Both the position numbers and the translations under genes were made by a program. A stretch of DNA of 63,932 nt, filler included, from Aduncisulcus paluster (lineage: Eukaryota): the NCBI GenBank assembly GCA_024181965.1. It is 21 parts of 21 records of this genome, joined end to end, with 100 filler letters (N's around TTAATTAATTAA, not from the genome) between each part and the next. Parts side by side here need not be neighbours in the genome. Positions count along the whole stretch, not along the records: positions 30,012 to 42,954 come from BQXS01000248.1; positions 43,055 to 50,096 come from BQXS01000249.1; 19 more parts are not named here. One strand, 5' to 3'. The notes beneath the pieces are model-generated. The model did not search any database, was not told the DNA's origin, and saw only the letters and a list, made by a program, of their open reading frames with translations. The first letter of the stretch is position 1; each line of letters begins with the position of its first letter. Below, piece by piece: positions 36,464-48,840 of this stretch.

Positions 36464-37672
36464 TCACCGAATGGATGTTATTTCTTCCCCATCAACAATC
36501 ATTTTCTTCGTATATTTCCTTCCTTCTAAGGTTACCCCTTTCCCAATGATACAATCGACCAGATGACAACCATGCAGAACCACTCTTTCCATGATAACAC
36601 ACCTTTCAACATCACATCCATCGCCAATGACCACATTTGATCCAATTATACAATGTTTGATAGTACTAGATGCACTGACATCAATGGAATCATCATAAAG
36701 CAGAGATGTGGCTGAAGCAAAACAATCTGCATCCCCAGGAGAACTGATAGGTTTCAGTGAAGATAAGGACGGGAGAGAAAGAGCTGTTGTCTTGTCACCA
36801 TGGATTTCCATTGATAACCTTGGAGAGGAAGAGGATGAAGAGGAATCTAAAAAAAGCTTTTGGGGAGGAAAGGACTGTTTAAGGTAATCTATACTCATTT
36901 TAAGATAACTCTCAGGTTTTCCAACATCGCCCCATAATCCTTGTCCCGTTAAACACAGTAAAGAACCATCCTTGCACCATGAAGGGAATGATTCTCTCTC
37001 CAGAGAAACAATACGAGAACTAGGGATCGATAGGATAGTGCCAAGGGATAAAACATACATTCCAGCATTAATTAAATTGCTGATAAACACTTGAGGTTTC
37101 TCATGAAAGCCATTAACGCGAGATATATCGGAACCCACAAGGGATGGCTCGCTGATCCGAGGAAGGGAATCAACAAGAGAATGACTTTCAACAACTCCAA
37201 ATGCCGATGGATCATCAACCTGAGTAACTGAGATAATCCCTGAGACGGGTTGCATATGTTTGGATAACATTTGATAATAATCTAACAGAGACTGAAATGG
37301 ATAGCTAGTGCATATTATATCACTATTGAGCACAAATATCGGAGTATTCTTTGATAAAGATGATGTATATGAATGTAATACCCCATCAATACATTGTCTT
37401 ATTGCACCTGCAGTTCCTAATGGAGATTTTTCATAAGAAAAGAGAGGAACAATTTTATATTTTTTACATATCCTTCTTGCCTCCTTTTCAAGAAGTTTTG
37501 GAAGATAAGATACACAAAATGCAACAATAGAAATACCAATAGAAGATAGAGCTTCAATTTGATACTCCATCATTGGCCTATTACAAAACGGAATTATTGG
37601 CTTTGGCTCTTTCTTTGTTAATGGTAATAACCTCTCACCATATCCACCAGCAAGAATTATTGCGATGAGCAT
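36464..37672 (-). CDS. Mannose-1-phosphate guanylyltransferase (GDP-mannose pyrophosphorylase, GMPPB/Psa1-like)
   Basis: ILAGGYGERLLPLT..PKP, PLGTAG, VLNSDI, FHEKP, INAGMY, SLERE.FP, WGDVGKP, and C-terminal hexapeptide repeats. Confidence 0.93.
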   Translation of the reverse strand: MLIAIILAGGYGERLLPLTKKEPKPIIPFCNRPMMEYQIEALSSIGISIVAFCVSYLPKLLEKEARRICKKYKIVPLFSYEKSPLGTAGAIRQCIDGVLHSYTSSLSKNTPIFVLNSDIICTSYPFQSLLDYYQMLSKHMQPVSGIISVTQVDDPSAFGVVESHSLVDSLPRISEPSLVGSDISRVNGFHEKPQVFISNLINAGMYVLSLGTILSIPSSRIVSLERESFPSWCKDGSLLCLTGQGLWGDVGKPESYLKMSIDYLKQSFPPQKLFLDSSSSSSSPRLSMEIHGDKTTALSLPSLSSLKPISSPGDADCFASATSLLYDDSIDVSASSTIKHCIIGSNVVIGDGCDVERCVIMERVVLHGCHLVDCIIGKGVTLEGRKYTKKMIVDGEEITSIR

Positions 37673-38039
37673 GATTTCGAGTCCAAAACGGTCAATCTTT
37701 TTATTCTTGGAGTTTGAAAAATCTTTCTTCGATTCTAATGTATTATAGTATCAAAACATGAATGGCAGAATAAATTATTTTCATAAAAAAGATATAAAAT
37801 GAGCGAACAAGGAAATTTATTTGTAGTCCAATAATACGAGTAAATTTGAAATAAATTTGAATAAAAAGAAAATGGAACCTCAAAAACTTGAAATTGAGGC
37901 CAATAAAATGTATGGGAGTGTAAAAAAGTCAAATGTCAAGATGAGAAGCTGACATAGATCTAAAAATCCCAATTTAACTCCTTCAATGCAGAAAAAGCAA
38001 ATGATACAAGGAAAAATGTCCAAAGGAATATACATAAAC

Positions 38040-40346
38040 TCACCATTTTAATAGAGTATCGGCCCCAGAACTTGCCAAATTTCTTTTTTCAGCCTCAACC
38101 AGCTCTTTGACCAGTCTCGCCTCCTCTACTTCAACCCACTGTTCCTTTCCATCCGGGAATTTAATCAATTTCCTCCTGGTAACGATCTCCATGCATCCAT
38201 CAATGCGTTTACCAACGATATCGAGTCCCTTTTCACTGCACACTTCCCTTTCAAGAGATTCTCCAGGTTTAGCTCCTTTCTTCCCACCAAGAGCCTCATA
38301 GAGCCTACTCATTGGCGTTGTCCGAAGAGATCTTCTGAACCCACGGGAGGGAGCAATTGGATAAGAAGACATTGGAGTCGAAGGAAACTTATCAAAAGAT
38401 TCCTCTTCTTCCAATGGGACATCTTCGTTTTCCGGCATTCCAAAGGTACCAATGTTGGATGTTTTGGGTGTGGCTGGAAGTGAGGGGAACTCTTCTTGGG
38501 CACATTCCCTCCTGTTCGATGACAATGAAGATAAATCTTGACCACTGGCAAGTTGACTTTTCTTGACCGGTTCTTCTTCACTTCTTCCATCACCACCACA
38601 GCCTGCACTGATATTTTGAACCCTTGGGCTAATAATAGTCATTGTTCTGGGTGTTCCGCCTTGCATCTCAATGTGGACACGGCGGTCATCACTATGGGCC
38701 CCAGAAGTGTGTGAATGACGATATGAATCGAGGGAATAATCCTCATGACGACCGCTTCCACCAGATTTCTCAGCCTTTTCTATTTTTAGCTGACCAACAC
38801 TGTGGATGAAGGTGTCATCAAAGGTAGAAATATCAATTCCTTTCATTACCGTCGGTGTCACGGCTTCATCGAGGTCATCTTCATCGAGTAGAGCAGACTC
38901 AGGCATGTGAGAGAGAGAAGGAACCCCGGTTCGAGTTATTTGGGGAGTTGATGTGATCTCTAATCCCTCGTATTGACTCCGAGTGTGCAAAAGGCAGTGT
39001 TCAACCACTATTCCGGCATTCTTTGCAGCATTTTTGCTTCGTCCAAACAACGATTTCATTGGAATAGCCCCTTCCCGAATATGAGGGGAAGCATTATCAT
39101 CCAGGGTAGAGATAGAATCTGGATTCTCCTCAACAGTGAGGCAGAACCGCCGTGGGAAGGGACGCACTTTATGACCCATTGGTTGTACAATTCCGGCATT
39201 CTTCACTTCACGCTGTTTGATGTATTCCTCGGTTTCTCTCTTTAAACGACGCTCAAGAACTTTTGGAGTGTGCTCATGGTGTGGTAAATTCTGTATGGGT
39301 GCCCTTTTCCTCCTTCCTTCATCAATTTCTCGTTCTTTCTCAGTTGGAACAAGATTTTTGTATAATTTTGGTATTTTTGGCTCCTTTGAACTGAGATCTA
39401 TTCCATGGTTAACTGTGGCGCTTCGAAGAGAAGACGCAAGGGATGACGATGATAAGTGCATATATTTTGATGGGTTTCTCCGCCCAAGATGGACTGTTAC
39501 CGTGGGAGATGCCTTGTTGGAGGCGAAAGGAGATCCCAATCCTGGACGAGCAGGTTCAGACACCCGAACGAATGTCGATGGCGGTAACCTCGATGTTGTA
39601 TCAAAGGAAACGTCCATTTGTGGAGGCTGAACAACTGGGGCACGCTTCTTTGGGATAGATTTAATATTAAGTGGAGAAATAATAACACCATGGTATTTCA
39701 TGCTATCTAGCTTCGGAGATGCTTTCTTTTCTTCAGTTACGATTGGTGAAGTATCAATTTTAGACACAACAACTCCGCCTTTCTTTTCGATTAATGGGTT
39801 GATCATTTGATTCTCATACCGGATACTTTCAATGGTACTACGATGAGTTTCATCTCGAATAGAACCATATTGCATTCGGACTTGCTTGATTTCACTATCA
39901 ACCCAGGAAACTAGGCCTGGAGACAGATCCTTCTTGCGTTGGAGGGAAGATATAGGAGAAAATGAAGATTTTGCATTTGAAATGACAGTGGATTGGATGT
40001 GAGGCGTAGAAGGAGGAAATTTCTCACTCGAAGTTGAAAAACTACTACTCATTCCATAACCATATCCTTCTTTTTGGATATCAATTTCGACTTTATCGGG
40101 GAACAAATCATCTGTTTCATCAAGTAAATGGCTCTTATATTCAATACTTGAAAATTTCGAGGCTGTATTACCCTTTATCTTTTTTTTCCACTCACCCACA
40201 CGAGGAGACACAACTGGAAATGATTCATGAGTAATAAGAGAACATTTAGACTCTTTTGTAGGTGGAATAACCATCATATTCTCAGCAGTTTTTGAAGTTT
40301 TGACCTCACTAGCAATCGTGATCTGATCGTGCCAATGAAAACTCAT
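38040..40346 (-). CDS. Ser/Pro-rich, largely disordered hypothetical protein
   Basis: Complete 768-codon ORF. Confidence 0.8.
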   Translation of the reverse strand: MSFHWHDQITIASEVKTSKTAENMMVIPPTKESKCSLITHESFPVVSPRVGEWKKKIKGNTASKFSSIEYKSHLLDETDDLFPDKVEIDIQKEGYGYGMSSSFSTSSEKFPPSTPHIQSTVISNAKSSFSPISSLQRKKDLSPGLVSWVDSEIKQVRMQYGSIRDETHRSTIESIRYENQMINPLIEKKGGVVVSKIDTSPIVTEEKKASPKLDSMKYHGVIISPLNIKSIPKKRAPVVQPPQMDVSFDTTSRLPPSTFVRVSEPARPGLGSPFASNKASPTVTVHLGRRNPSKYMHLSSSSLASSLRSATVNHGIDLSSKEPKIPKLYKNLVPTEKEREIDEGRRKRAPIQNLPHHEHTPKVLERRLKRETEEYIKQREVKNAGIVQPMGHKVRPFPRRFCLTVEENPDSISTLDDNASPHIREGAIPMKSLFGRSKNAAKNAGIVVEHCLLHTRSQYEGLEITSTPQITRTGVPSLSHMPESALLDEDDLDEAVTPTVMKGIDISTFDDTFIHSVGQLKIEKAEKSGGSGRHEDYSLDSYRHSHTSGAHSDDRRVHIEMQGGTPRTMTIISPRVQNISAGCGGDGRSEEEPVKKSQLASGQDLSSLSSNRRECAQEEFPSLPATPKTSNIGTFGMPENEDVPLEEEESFDKFPSTPMSSYPIAPSRGFRRSLRTTPMSRLYEALGGKKGAKPGESLEREVCSEKGLDIVGKRIDGCMEIVTRRKLIKFPDGKEQWVEVEEARLVKELVEAEKRNLASSGADTLLKW

Positions 40347-40630
40347 TTAAAAGTGTATATAGTATATTTAGATTTGTAGATGCAAAAAAGAAGAAAAAGT
40401 GTGTTGTTAATTTCACTGGACCCGAGAAAACCCATTCGCGAAATTCAAAATTGAAAAACACAAGAAACCCAAAATATAGACAAAAGAAATAGCATAGATT
40501 GTATTTTTATTTTTATGACATTTAATTATTTTTGAAATTTCATCTCATATCGAACAGCAAATCCAAACAACTTCCAAGCCTATTTAAACAAGTAAAGTGC
40601 GATAATTTATTATTAATTTCAATAGATTTC

Positions 40631-42231
40631 TTATTCCTCGATCAATCTGATGCAGAGACCTGTGAGGAGCTTAGGGATAAGGAAGGTAGATTTAGGTGGC
40701 ATTACCTTTCCACTGTCAGCGACAGAGAAGACTTCAGTCATACTAACAGGGAAAATGGAGAAACCAACGGCATCAGTGTCCTTGTGGATCTCACATTGTT
40801 TCTCAATGTATTGTAAACCACGGCTACCTCCAACGAAGATAATGTTGGGATCAGCTCTGAGGTTGGTGACCTTGAAAATGGGTTCAAGGACAGTGTCAGT
40901 AAGGATTTGAGAATCAATAAGTTTGACAGGGTCCTCATCTTCGACCTCGTGTTTCATAGAGAGACCGTACCACTTTCCACGAGTGTACATGGAGAAAGTG
41001 TGTCTGGCCTTGGGCTTGGCGTANNNNNNNNNNNNNNNNNNNNAACAGGGAAAATGGAGAAACCAACGGCATCAGTGTCCTTGTGGATCTCACATTGTTT
41101 CTCAATGTATTGTAAACCACGGCTACCTCCAACGAAGATAAGGTTGGGATCAGCTCTGAGGTTGGTGACCTTGAAAATGGGTTCAAGGACAGTGTCAGTA
41201 AGGATTTGAGAATCAATAAGTTTGACAGGGTCCTCATCTTCGACCTCGTGTTTCATAGAGAGACCGTACCACTTTCCACGAGTGTACATGGAGAAAGTGT
41301 GTCTGGCCTTGGGCTTGGCGTAGTGAGGAGGATCAATCTGAGTGGCCTCGTCGAGAACAATCTCCTTGGCGGGCTTGGGGATCTCTTCAACAGTGAAATG
41401 CTTGCTCAAACCTTCCATAAGCTCCTCCATGGAAACATCAGTCTTCTTAAGAACACGATCGTAGTTGGAAATGTACAAAGAATCGTGGGGGAAGATAACA
41501 GACATAAAGAAATTGAATGGCTCATCACCTTTGACCTCCTTAGCGGCATCTCTCCTCTTCTTACCAACCTGGAAGGCACTCTCAGCACGGTGATGACCGT
41601 CACAAATATACAAAGCGGGGACCTTCTTGAACAATTCGACAACAGTTTTGTTGAGGGCAGCAGGAATGTCCCACAAAACATGACGGGTGGAATCACATTC
41701 AGCGCATTTAATATCGATACGGGGCTCGGCCTTAATGGTTTCTTCAAGTATAGCGTTCAATTCAGGGAAGGATCTGTAAGCCAAATAAACGGGACCAACA
41801 TTGGCGTTTTGGATGTCAACGGTACGGATTCTGTCCTTCAATTTAACTTCAGTGGTGAACTCATGTTTCTTGATGTCACCCTTCTCATAATCGCTAACAG
41901 ATGTCAAACCAATGAATCCAACTTGCTTGTGGCCAGCCTTTTCTTGCATATAAGCATAAAAATGCTTCTCATCATCCTTTACGAGGTAATCTTTAGCAAT
42001 GAACTCTTGGAGCTTATCACGACCCTTGGCATAGACGGGTTCACTGTAAGTATCGACGTGCTCCTCGGGAGGGAATGATATCTCAGCTCTGTTAACATAG
42101 TGAATGCTGTCAGGAGTCTTGGCAAGAGCACGAGCCTCTTCAGTACTAACGACATCATATGGGGCGGAAGGAAGAGTCTGGGCACTCTTGTCAGAGGGAA
42201 TATAACCAGCAAAAGGAATGACAGTAACCAT
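40631..42231 (-). CDS. DUF1015 family protein (ParB/Srx-like), split in the ORF track by a duplicated gap overlap
   Basis: PYDVVSTEEARALA, IKKHEFT...K..DR, LYICDGHHRAESA and MPPKSTF.IPKL.TGL are DUF1015 motifs; ATG at 42231, stop TAA at 40631. Confidence 0.9.
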
Positions 42232-42596
42232 TTGTAACAAAAAACGTGATTGTATTTTATTTTCCGGCGAGGAATAATCTACATTAATCCATTACAACAA
42301 AAATTGGAAAAGTCTTAAATAAATCTCATTTTATTCATTTTTATGAAAGCATAATATTTTTTGTGCCAGTGGAAAGAAGTTGACCGAAGAGATTTGATTA
42401 AGACAATAAATTAAACATCTAAATGGATGAAATAATAAGGCAATATTCTCAAATTTAATTTTTTTGATTCTTGTAATTCCGCATACAAACCACCACTAAG
42501 AAAAATGAGTTTTCTTGTCAATATAAGGCTTTTTTTACCATTATTTCTGAGACTTCAATTAAAAAGGTGAAAATCTTTTGAATATTTTCAAGAATT

Positions 42597-42954
42597 ATGG
42601 TAAAAACTGGTATTATTCACCTTTCCTCAAGCGATTTTTCTCCCTTGTGTATTCTTCAGTCAAATGAAGATAATAATCATCTTCTAGTGGAACATAAAGA
42701 TGATCCGTTTGATATACGTGTTTTTATCCAACATAAAATTACAGATCCATCAACTAAGAGGGAAGTGGAAAAAAAGGCTAAATTTCTCGCTTCATTTTCA
42801 GACCATCATCAAGTTGGACACCGATTCCGAAAATATATTGGGAACATTGATGAATCTTCCCCAGATGTATTAGGGATTTGTGTTGGATTTTGTGACTCAT
42901 CTTTATTGTCATTCGCAAAGTCTTGGTGCTTAACTTCGAGTGGGACCTTTGATC
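42597..42954 (+). CDS. Divergent kinase-like protein N-terminus, 3'-truncated
   Basis: VLGICVGFCDSSLLSFAKSW resembles TFGILMEFCRGGSVIDFAKSW of the kinase at 8203; no Gly-rich loop is visible. Confidence 0.5.
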
Positions 42955-43054
42955 NNNNNNNNNNNNNNNNNNNNNNNNNNNNNNNNNNNNNNNNNNNNTT
43001 AATTAATTAANNNNNNNNNNNNNNNNNNNNNNNNNNNNNNNNNNNNNNNNNNNN

Positions 43055-46000
43055 TAGGAATTGCGATGTATCCAATAGTTAGTCCGGTAACACTGGAAGG
43101 AATCGATGAAAGATCTCTAATATTGTCATTAATTGGAAAATCAAGATCAAAATAATCATCATAAACCAAAGGCTGAGTCAGATTCAAAGACGTTACAGTC
43201 GCAGGCAAAGGTGAGAGGTCGACCACATTGGTGCCACTCAGATCCAACGTCGTCAATGCTGGGAGTGCAGACCCATCGGACAGGACGAGACTCGTGAAGA
43301 AGGCGGGGAACGTGACACTCGTGCGTCCAGCAACGGAAAGCGTGGTGAGTGAGGCTGGGAACATGCCTTGCACAGTGACATCATAGTGATTGTCGGAGTC
43401 GAACAGAGGACTCAAGGAGGACAGCTGAGTCGCCCAGTAGTCGCCAGAAGAAACGTCACCAACGGTCAAGTACAATGCACGCAGAGACGTCAGACGCGAG
43501 AAATCCGTGTTCGGCGCAATGTCGATGTTATTCAGCGTCAGTGTCTCAAGACTCGTGGGAAGCTGCTCGATGTCACTGGTGCCCATCTGTTTGGACACGG
43601 ACGACGTGTTGCTCACATACAGTGTCGTGAGGTTCGTCGCACCACCAAGCCCAGCGAAGGAGTCAACAAAGTACGTGTTCAGGGAGGTCAGATCTTGGAG
43701 GTCGTCAGAAGTCAGGTCGTCACAATGAGCTCCATGGTCAAGGGCAAGGCAGACGTCATTCAGGAGGAAGGGGTCAGGGATATTATCGAATTGAATACAA
43801 GTATCAGAAGATCCATCCAAGTAATAACCATTCCAACACTGACTCGCCCATATATCCGAAGAATTCTTGGAACATATCTCATTCTCACTGAAGTCGGGTT
43901 CTGGAGAACACATGCATGTTTGCTCGGACTCGGAAGACTCTAGGGAGAAAGATGAGTTCGTGAAGTATGAAGTCAGCTCGGAGTTCACATCGGCAATGTC
44001 ACAGATCAGATTGTCACTGATGTTGAGGGACAACAACACATCGGGGGGTAAAGGTGTGGTTGATCCATTCTCATTGATCAGAACTGATACATCGGAGATC
44101 TGGTTGGAATGCACATCGATGCTTGTTAATGCGGATAAGGTTGTGAGTGGAGAGATGTCAGCAATACTATTCGAACTCACATCGATGGCTGTCATAGATC
44201 CAATGTGCTCCACACCTGCAAGAGAGGAGACACTACTCGATGGACATGTCAAAGAAGTGGATGCAGAGGTGTTCTTCAAGGAAGCAACACCAAACTCATA
44301 CGTCCCATCGCCAACAGCAACCTTGTCAGCAGCATCGATCATGTCGGACACACATCCATGCAAGGCCACATCAGGCACAACACTAGCACACGAATGGGTG
44401 CCATCGGAGTTCGCACGACATTCGGACCCATACCCACATCCACCAGAACAGTCTGCAGAGCGTGTGCATGTGAATGTGTCCGAATCAGAGTACGTGTAAT
44501 ACGAGTCACTCATACAAGTCACAGCCCAAGTCTCGGATGAAGGAGCTGTCTCAGAGCACACAAGACCTTCAGAGATGGCTGCAATGGTGCTGTCAGAGTC
44601 AGGGTCGAGAGAAGGGCAGTTACAGGTTTGATCATCTAAATCAATTTCAAACTTATCTGAATTAAACAATCCAATGAGAGTTTCCTCGGTATCACTTCCA
44701 AGACAAATGTTATTGGAGGATAAACCGAAGTATATTGCAAAATCACAAGACTTTGATATATCGAATAAAGGAGAGACATCACTAATCTTGTTATCATCAA
44801 GACCATAGTAAAACACATTGGGCAAGCTGGAAAGAGGAGAAATATCTCCAATTTGATTGCTTTCAATTTCTAGAAACAGCAAACTTTCCAAGGAAGCAAC
44901 AAAAGAGATATCTGAAATTATATTGTTGTAACCGCAAAAATAAACCAAGTTTTTCAATGATTCGTTAGAACTCACAAGTGATGAGATATTGTTATCACTA
45001 ACATCTAACCAACGCAATTCAGTCATTGAAGATATAAAGGAAATATCAGAAATACTATTTTCACATATGTAGAAGTAAACAAGTGATGTAAGAGAGGAGA
45101 GAGAGGAAGCATCTTCTATCGCATTTCCGTATATATAAAAATTGGTCAAGAATTGGAGAGATGAGAGTGGAGAAACATCAGATATGTTATTACTTGCAAG
45201 ATCTAAATAGTTCAGCTCAACAAGAGATGAGAGTGGAGAAATATCAGTTATGTTTTCACCATATAACCCTAAATAGTTCAGCTCAACTAGAGATGAGAGT
45301 GGAGAAACATCGGAAATATCACCCCCAGATAGATTCAAATATTTGAGCGATACAAGAGAAGATAGAGGAGAAATATCAATAATATCGGAATAATAGAGAC
45401 TCAAATATTCTAAAGATGTCATCTTACTGAGAGGAGAAATATCCACAATCGACGAACGGCGAATACTTAATTTCTTTATCGAATAGCAAGATTCAGTTGC
45501 AAGAATAGAAATATCTGAGAGATTAGAAGAATATCCGAAATCAAGAACCTCAATAGAAGTCAAGGAAGACAAATCTGGACCTGTAGTAAAATTAATGTCC
45601 TCTAAATTAAGTATCCTTACATTTGGTGGTAATACAGCTTCGGACATATCAGACCAAGATCCTGTTACCTTAAGATATCTCAGATCTGTGGCTGATCCTA
45701 GATCGAAAGTGGAGCCTGGGGAACTGACAGAGATAATAAGATCTGTCAAACCAGTCAAGGAAGAAACTGCACTCGAAAATGAGGTGGCATCTGATATGGA
45801 AGTGGATGAGAACGCAATCGACTGGAGCGAAGGTGCTGTGGATAGATTGGAGAAGTCAGTAAGCGAATATTCAATCCATGAAAGAATACGTAATTTGGGA
45901 AGAGTGGCAAGGTCAGGCACGGCAGTAATAGAGTCGACCTTTGGTAGTCTCAGATACTCAAGGGAAGGAAGAGAAGGTATAGTTGCATCAGTCAATCCAG

Positions 46001-47391
46001 TCGCACCAATATACAGCGTCTTGAGGAAAGATAGTGAGGATACAAAAGATATATCGACACTCTCCGAAAGATAATTAAATGTTAAGCTTTCCAAAGAAGT
46101 CAATTTGGAGATAATTATTCTCATAGAACTATCGACATCATAACATCCAAAAGTAAGTTCTCGAAGTTTAGACATGTTTGATATGTCAGGAAAAACATTT
46201 TCTCCTTCAAAACAGTAATCCTCGAAACCATAAGCAAAAGATTCCATATTAGTTGCATCACTGAGAAAAGTATCGTCATCAACTCTAAAATCTATTTTTA
46301 GAACCTTCAAGTTTTCTGTATCAAGGGTGGTTGCGTCAAAGTTGGTGATATCAGCACGCATTAGATCCAAATACTCTAAGGGGGGCAACGATAAAATCCA
46401 AGAAACATCCCAATAATCCGAATTAACAGAAAACTTATTCAAATCAAGATGAGTTAACTTTGTGAGAGAAGAGAGATCGGGGTAATAGGGAAAGTAAACA
46501 TCAACCTCAGAAAGTTCCAGGAATGTGAGGTTGTCAAGTTCACTCAAGACAGTTAAATCTCCATAGATTGTACAATTGTTAACACGGAAATATTCAAGAG
46601 TTTCCTTCACTTGGGAGAGCTTCGACAAGTCTGTCATATTGCAATTCAAAATCTCGAGGTGTACAAGATTTGGGAGGTTATCAATGAAATCCAGAGAGAT
46701 AAAAGCCATGGATCCGACAATAAGTTCAGTCACAGTGGATGGAACGGAAGTTAAGTCTCGATAGTTATGAGTACTCTCATACTCATCATCTTCCTCAATC
46801 ATCTTCTGAGTCAGATTCAAAGACGTTACAGTCGCAGGCAAAGGTGAGAGGTCGACCACATTGGTGCCACTCAGATCCAACGTCGTCAATGCTGGGAGTG
46901 CAGACCCATCGGACAGGACGAGACTCGTGAAGAAGGCGGGGAACGTGACACTCGTGCGTCTAGCAACGGAAAGCGTGGTGAGTGAGGCTGGGAACATGCC
47001 TTGCACAGTGACATCATAGTGATTGTCGGAGTCGAACAGAGGACTCAAGGAGGACAGCTGAGTCGCCCAGTAGTCGCCAGAAGAAACGTCACCAACGGTC
47101 AAGTACAATGCACGCAGAGACGTCAGACGCGAGAAATCCGTGTTCGGCGCAATGTCGATGTTATTCAGCGTCAGTGTCTCAAGACTCGTGGGAAGCTGCT
47201 CGATGTCACTGGTGCCCATCTGTTTGGACACGGACGACGTGTTGCTCACATACAGCGTCGTGAGGTTCGTCGCACTACCAAGCCCAGCGAAGGAGTCAAC
47301 AAAGTACGTGTTCAGGGAGGTCAGATCTTGGAGGTCGTCAGAAGTCAGGTCGTCACAATGAGCTCCATGGTCAAGGGCAAGGCAGACGTCA
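43055..47391 (-). CDS. Giant LRR (internalin-like 22-aa repeats) / Cys-rich putative surface protein, partial at both ends
   Basis: More than 1400 open codons; repeated L..L.L..N.I.DISPLS.L units, N.IC...CxC caps and Cys-rich modules. Confidence 0.92.
43173..47391. repeat. 586-bp near-identical direct repeat (43173-43758 and 46806-47391; period 3633 bp)
   Basis: The copies align with only a few substitutions, e.g. AGR/ARR and GGA/GSA. Confidence 0.93.
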
Positions 47392-47445
47392 NNNNNNNNN
47401 NNNNNNNNNNNAGACTGTCAAATCCGTGAAGGGCATCAATGAACC

Positions 47446-47800
47446 GAACTATTGGTATCATTGCCACCAATAGTTCCTCTAACAACGTTCACAGGTATTG
47501 ATGCAGAGAAAATGCACGTTCTTTTCTGCATCGATAACTGTGCAGAAACTTTGCACAACTTACATAAAAGAATAACGCATTCTGATAAAAAATTCTCAAC
47601 CGCATTTGACAGCCTTGCCCCCTTGATAGGTTTCGAGAAAATGCATGTTTTTCTCTGCATCAATACCTGTGCAGAAACTTTGCACGACATACAAAAGAGA
47701 TTAACGCGTTCGATAGAAAATTGAAAAAATATTAGAGGAACTATTAAAAGAACGTGCATGTTTTCTGCATCGATCAAATTGCTGAAACACTATACCATAT
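47446..47800. repeat. Cluster of nested inverted and direct repeats
   Basis: Inverted pairs 47469-47482/47732-47745, 47490-47512/47649-47671 and 47512-47525/47746-47759; hairpin 47446-47476; direct unit ATGCA(C/T)GTT..TCTGCATC..CTGTGCAGAAAC at about 47512, 47641 and 49738. Confidence 0.85.
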
Positions 47801-48469
47801 TCGTGTGAAGATTGATTCTAAAAGAGAATTCCCCATGACAGGTTTTGACTCGTCGTTGTGGTTGTGATTCTGCTTGCCGTGGCTATACCCGAGCACACAA
47901 TGCATACTACATGCAGGTGGCAAACTGCGCCGAAACAACCCCAGTCACAAACGCTCCCCATGTTTCAATTCGTGACCTTTTGGATAGAATTGGGTCGATC
48001 GGCACCAAAATGTATAAAAAAATGACAGGATGCAAATTAGAGGAGAATATAGCCAAATATACAATTCCAAAAGCTTTTTATGAGATCATTAGAGAGATTT
48101 GTGATCATTATAAAAAAGATTGTTTGGAGGGAAACAAGAAGGAGTACAGAGATTTTGCTCGATTTTGAGATTTAAAAAACAGTTTAGTATAGTCCCGTTC
48201 TAGTGATAAAACAGAAGAAAATATTCCATTGATAAAGAACAAAATGGATTTCCGGGCCTTCTTCTGAATAATCGATATCACAGGGCCATTAAGCACTATA
48301 AGGGAATCCGACCCAGGCTTACAGAAGAGGAGGACATCTGTCAGCAATCAGCTCAGAAAGATATAGAAACTATGATGGACATTGTATCGCGTTTGACGAT
48401 TATCAAAGCAGAAGAGGAAGAAACCAAGATGTTGGAAATGCGAAAGGCAATGAAGAAGGGACATATGAG

Positions 48470-48840
48470 AAAAGAAAGGAGAAGAAGGAAGGAGAAGAAG
48501 GAAGGAGAAGAAGGAAGGAGAAGAAGGAGGAAAGGAGGATGAAAAAAAAGGAGGAAGGAGAAAAGGAGGCTTTCTTTTTCTATTAAACTATTATATCTAA
48601 ACCCCACCACAGGGCAATGCCAAAGTCCAATATTGATTGGCATCATAGGGCGTGGTGGGATTTATTAAGGTTAAGGTGCGATGATTCGTATATATATTTC
48701 AAGATCTCATCTCCCATCAAGACAGATAGCATTCTGTTTGAAGAACAAAGCAAGAAGGTGAGAAAGATAACGAAGGAAGGAAGGAAGGAAGGAAGAAAGG
48801 AAGTAAAGAAGTAAGGAAAGGAGTGAAGAGAGAAGAGAGT
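48470..48840 (+). repeat. Polypurine (GAA/GGAA) low-complexity tracts
   Basis: Visible at about 48470-48570 and 48770-48840. Confidence 0.8.

Noticed and set aside
41206..42078. 290-aa antisense ORF opposite DUF1015, and similar shadow ORFs over the LRR and kinase genes
   Set aside because: Expected by-product of codon bias on the coding strand; no motifs.
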